Shown: piece by piece, positions 57,053-58,663 of the stretch | How the letters are laid out: every line of letters starts with the position of its first letter | Numbering within the stretch: the stretch's first letter is position 1 | Origin: Patescibacteria group bacterium | Lineage (GTDB): Bacteria > Patescibacteriota > Minisyncoccia > Phycocordibacterales > Phycocordibacteraceae | Assembly (NCBI GenBank): GCA_038062735.1 | Contig: JBBTWN010000002.1 | Span: 1-58,663 of the forward strand | Direction: 5' to 3' | DNA: 58,663 bases | Position numbers and translations under genes: made by a program | Notes under the pieces: generated by a model | What the model was told of the DNA's origin: nothing | Database searches by the model: none | The model's input: only the letters and a program-made list of their open reading frames with translations

Positions 57053-58663
57053 TTACGCCAATCGAATGTCGATGGTGCGTTCTTCAAGTGATACTGCAAC
57101 AGCGCGATAGGTGACTGCGTCCCCTAGGCGATAGACTTTTTTCTTTTTTGAACCGACGACAGCATATTTTTTTGGTTCAAACGCATACATGTCGTCCTCC
57201 ATGCTCATGAGGCGCACCATACCATCAGCACCGCTTAGCTTATCAGCGACAAAAATACCAAACTCGGTGACGCCAGTGATGAGGCCAGCGCGCTCTTCGT
57301 TCAAATGCTCGGCCATATACTCAACGAGCTTCATTTTGACAGAGGCCCGCTCGGCCTCGGTGGCCTCGGCCTCGCGCGTCGACGTGTGGAGCGCGAGCTG
57401 GTCAGCCACGCTAGGATCAAGTGTCGGCTTTTCGCCGCGAAGCAGTGTGTCTAAAACGCGATGCACCATAACATCGGGGTAACGGCGGATCGGCGAGGTA
57501 AAGTGTGCATAATCTTTAAACGAGAGGCCAAAGTGACCAATGTTTTTTGTTGCATACACCGCCTTGGCCATCGTCCTGATGGTAGCGGTGCGAATGAGAG
57601 ACTCCTCGGGTGCGCCCTTAACAGACGCGAGCATACGATTCAATTCTTTTTGTGGCGACGTCTCACGGGAAAGCGTGAGCTGGTAACCGATAGCACGTAG
57701 GTACACCGCGAGCTCCTCGAGCCGGTCGTCGTTAGGGAGGTCATGGACCCGGTAGAGAAAGACGCGGCTCTTTTTGCCCATCGCACGCGACACAAATGAT
57801 GCGACTTCTCGGTTTGCGAGGAGCATCAACTCTTCAATGAGCTGGTGGCTCTCGGTGTAGCGATTCGTTTTAAAGTCGACAACCTTCTTTTGATCATTCA
57901 AAACGAGTTTTATTTCTTCAGAATCAAAAGCGATAGCACCGTACTCGGTTCGTTTTTCACGCAACTGATGCGCAAACTTCCAAAGCGCGTTTAGTTCGTC
58001 GTTCAGTGGATCAGCGCTATCCGCAAGTGCGCGGTCAGCTTCGTCGTAGGTGAAGCGGCGGCGAGAATGGATGATGGTGCGTCCAAACCAGCGATCCACT
58101 ATCCGTGTGCCGCTCACCGTAAAAATCGTTGAAAAACAGAGACGATCGACGTCGGGTTTCAGCGAACACAAGTCTTCTGAAAGCTGTGGCGGAAGCATAG
58201 GGATAGTACGGTCGACCAGATAGACGGATGTCGCACGTTTTACTGCTTCAGTATCGAGATGTGAGCCGGGGCGCACAAAGTACGATACGTCGGCGATGTG
58301 TACGCCAATTTCAGTTGTGCCGTCCGCATTCTTTTTGTATGAAATCGCATCGTCAAAGTCTTTTGCGTCGTCTGGATCAATGGTGAAGGTGAGTGTGTCG
58401 CGCATATCACGCCGCTCGTCTGTGCCATCAATGGTGAGTCCTTCAGCTTCCTGAATAACTGGGGCAGGAAAGTCGGTAGAAAACCCGTTCGATGCCAATA
58501 TCGCTTTTATTTCTGTCTCGTGGTGACCCTTGGGACCAAAGGATCGTTCGATCGACGCTTGAGGTGGGGCAGCGGTCCAACTCGATACGGTAATAAGCAC
58601 TTTCTGTCCAACGGGTGTAGGGATGCCACCGACGATCATAAAATCAAAATAGACTCGCCGGTC
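57053..58663 (-). CDS. rnr: Ribonuclease R / RNase II-family 3'-5' exoribonuclease, N-terminus cut by the window end
   Basis: RNB-domain blocks 'FTIDPDDAKDFDDAIS', 'IGVHIADVSYFV', 'RATSVYLVDRTIPMLP', 'HFGL....YAHFTSPIRRYPD..VHR', and a C-terminal S1 domain 'GLITGVTEFGIFV'. The frame stays open from the Met at 58639 to nt 58663 (DRRVYFDF-MIVGG..). Confidence 0.9.
   Translation of the reverse strand, partial: DRRVYFDFMIVGGIPTPVGQKVLITVSSWTAAPPQASIERSFGPKGHHETEIKAILASNGFSTDFPAPVIQEAEGLTIDGTDERRDMRDTLTFTIDPDDAKDFDDAISYKKNADGTTEIGVHIADVSYFVRPGSHLDTEAVKRATSVYLVDRTIPMLPPQLSEDLCSLKPDVDRLCFSTIFTVSGTRIVDRWFGRTIIHSRRRFTYDEADRALADSADPLNDELNALWKFAHQLREKRTEYGAIAFDSEEIKLVLNDQKKVVDFKTNRYTESHQLIEELMLLANREVASFVSRAMGKKSRVFLYRVHDLPNDDRLEELAVYLRAIGYQLTLSRETSPQKELNRMLASVKGAPEESLIRTATIRTMAKAVYATKNIGHFGLSFKDYAHFTSPIRRYPDVMVHRVLDTLLRGEKPTLDPSVADQLALHTSTREAEATEAERASVKMKLVEYMAEHLNEERAGLITGVTEFGIFVADKLSGADGMVRLMSMEDDMYAFEPKKYAVVGSKKKKVYRLGDAVTYRAVAVSLEERTIDIRLA

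Noticed and set aside
1-58663. Recoded genetic code (UGA as Gly or Trp, as in some CPR lineages or Mollicutes).
   Set aside because: TGA terminates many well-delimited genes, typically in ATGA overlaps with the next start (1943, 6159, 10979, 23139, 23816, 24184). Family-typical C-termini end at TGA, for example in tgt and RidA.
1-58663. tRNA, rRNA, tmRNA, RNase P or riboswitch genes in the intergenic gaps.
   Set aside because: Only five gaps exceed 100 nt: 24601-24712, 27208-27301, 28856-29101, 39060-39313 and 53042-53180. In none could I fold a cloverleaf (no GTTCRANYC T-loop with a matching stem) or see conserved riboswitch cores. I could not run an Infernal scan, so small ncRNAs are not excluded.

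Overview
This is a 58.7-kb, gene-dense chromosomal segment with about 80 CDS, roughly 90% of them on the + strand. The genetic code is standard: TGA ends many genes in ATGA stop/start overlaps. I found no rRNA, tRNA, CRISPR array, transposase or integrase. All domain calls come from motif recognition by eye, with no database search.

Gene content suggests a small-genome Patescibacteria/CPR-like bacterium, which is an inference. The evidence is many small membrane-anchored orphan proteins, DUF5652, Gmad2 domains, Cys-rich 'C..DGSYVGR..P.CEF..CP' mini-domains, a class I aldolase and a shortened SMC.

Layout:
- 1-2524: 5'-truncated Ig-like surface protein plus a Cys-less TlpA-like protein.
- 2531-9672: signal-transduction operon split into separate polypeptides: TM+Cache sensor, LivK-like binding protein, HAMP transducer, FIST protein, soluble PAS histidine kinase and two receiver-only regulators.
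- 9735-16967: secreted paralogous LamG-like proteins and a tail-fibre-like protein, followed by an ECF sigma/anti-sigma pair and an Ala-rich secreted protein.
- 17078-24600: DEAD-box helicase, XRE regulator, Met-rich thioredoxin plus DipZ-like reductant transporter, two Gmad2 paralogues, and SDR/RidA/GNAT genes.
- 24601-26620: visibly AT-richer insert with a Shedu-like DUF4263 nuclease.
- 27171-28855: four copies of a 32-37-nt palindromic intergenic box. They separate membrane-protein, truncated DUF45-peptidase, ArsR and MliC-like genes.
- 30154-58663: housekeeping genes (HI0933-like flavoprotein, ABC-F, class I FBA, nrdAB, cysS, FKBP, tgt, uvrB, uvrA, hinge-less SMC, RNase R truncated by the window end). 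These are interleaved with orphan small membrane proteins and a membrane-anchored protein with an anthrax-LF-like (M34) HExxH domain.

One global feature stands out. At least 16 start codons sit exactly 6 nt downstream of a TAnnnT -10 hexamer, often with TTGACA at -35, which implies widespread leaderless mRNAs.
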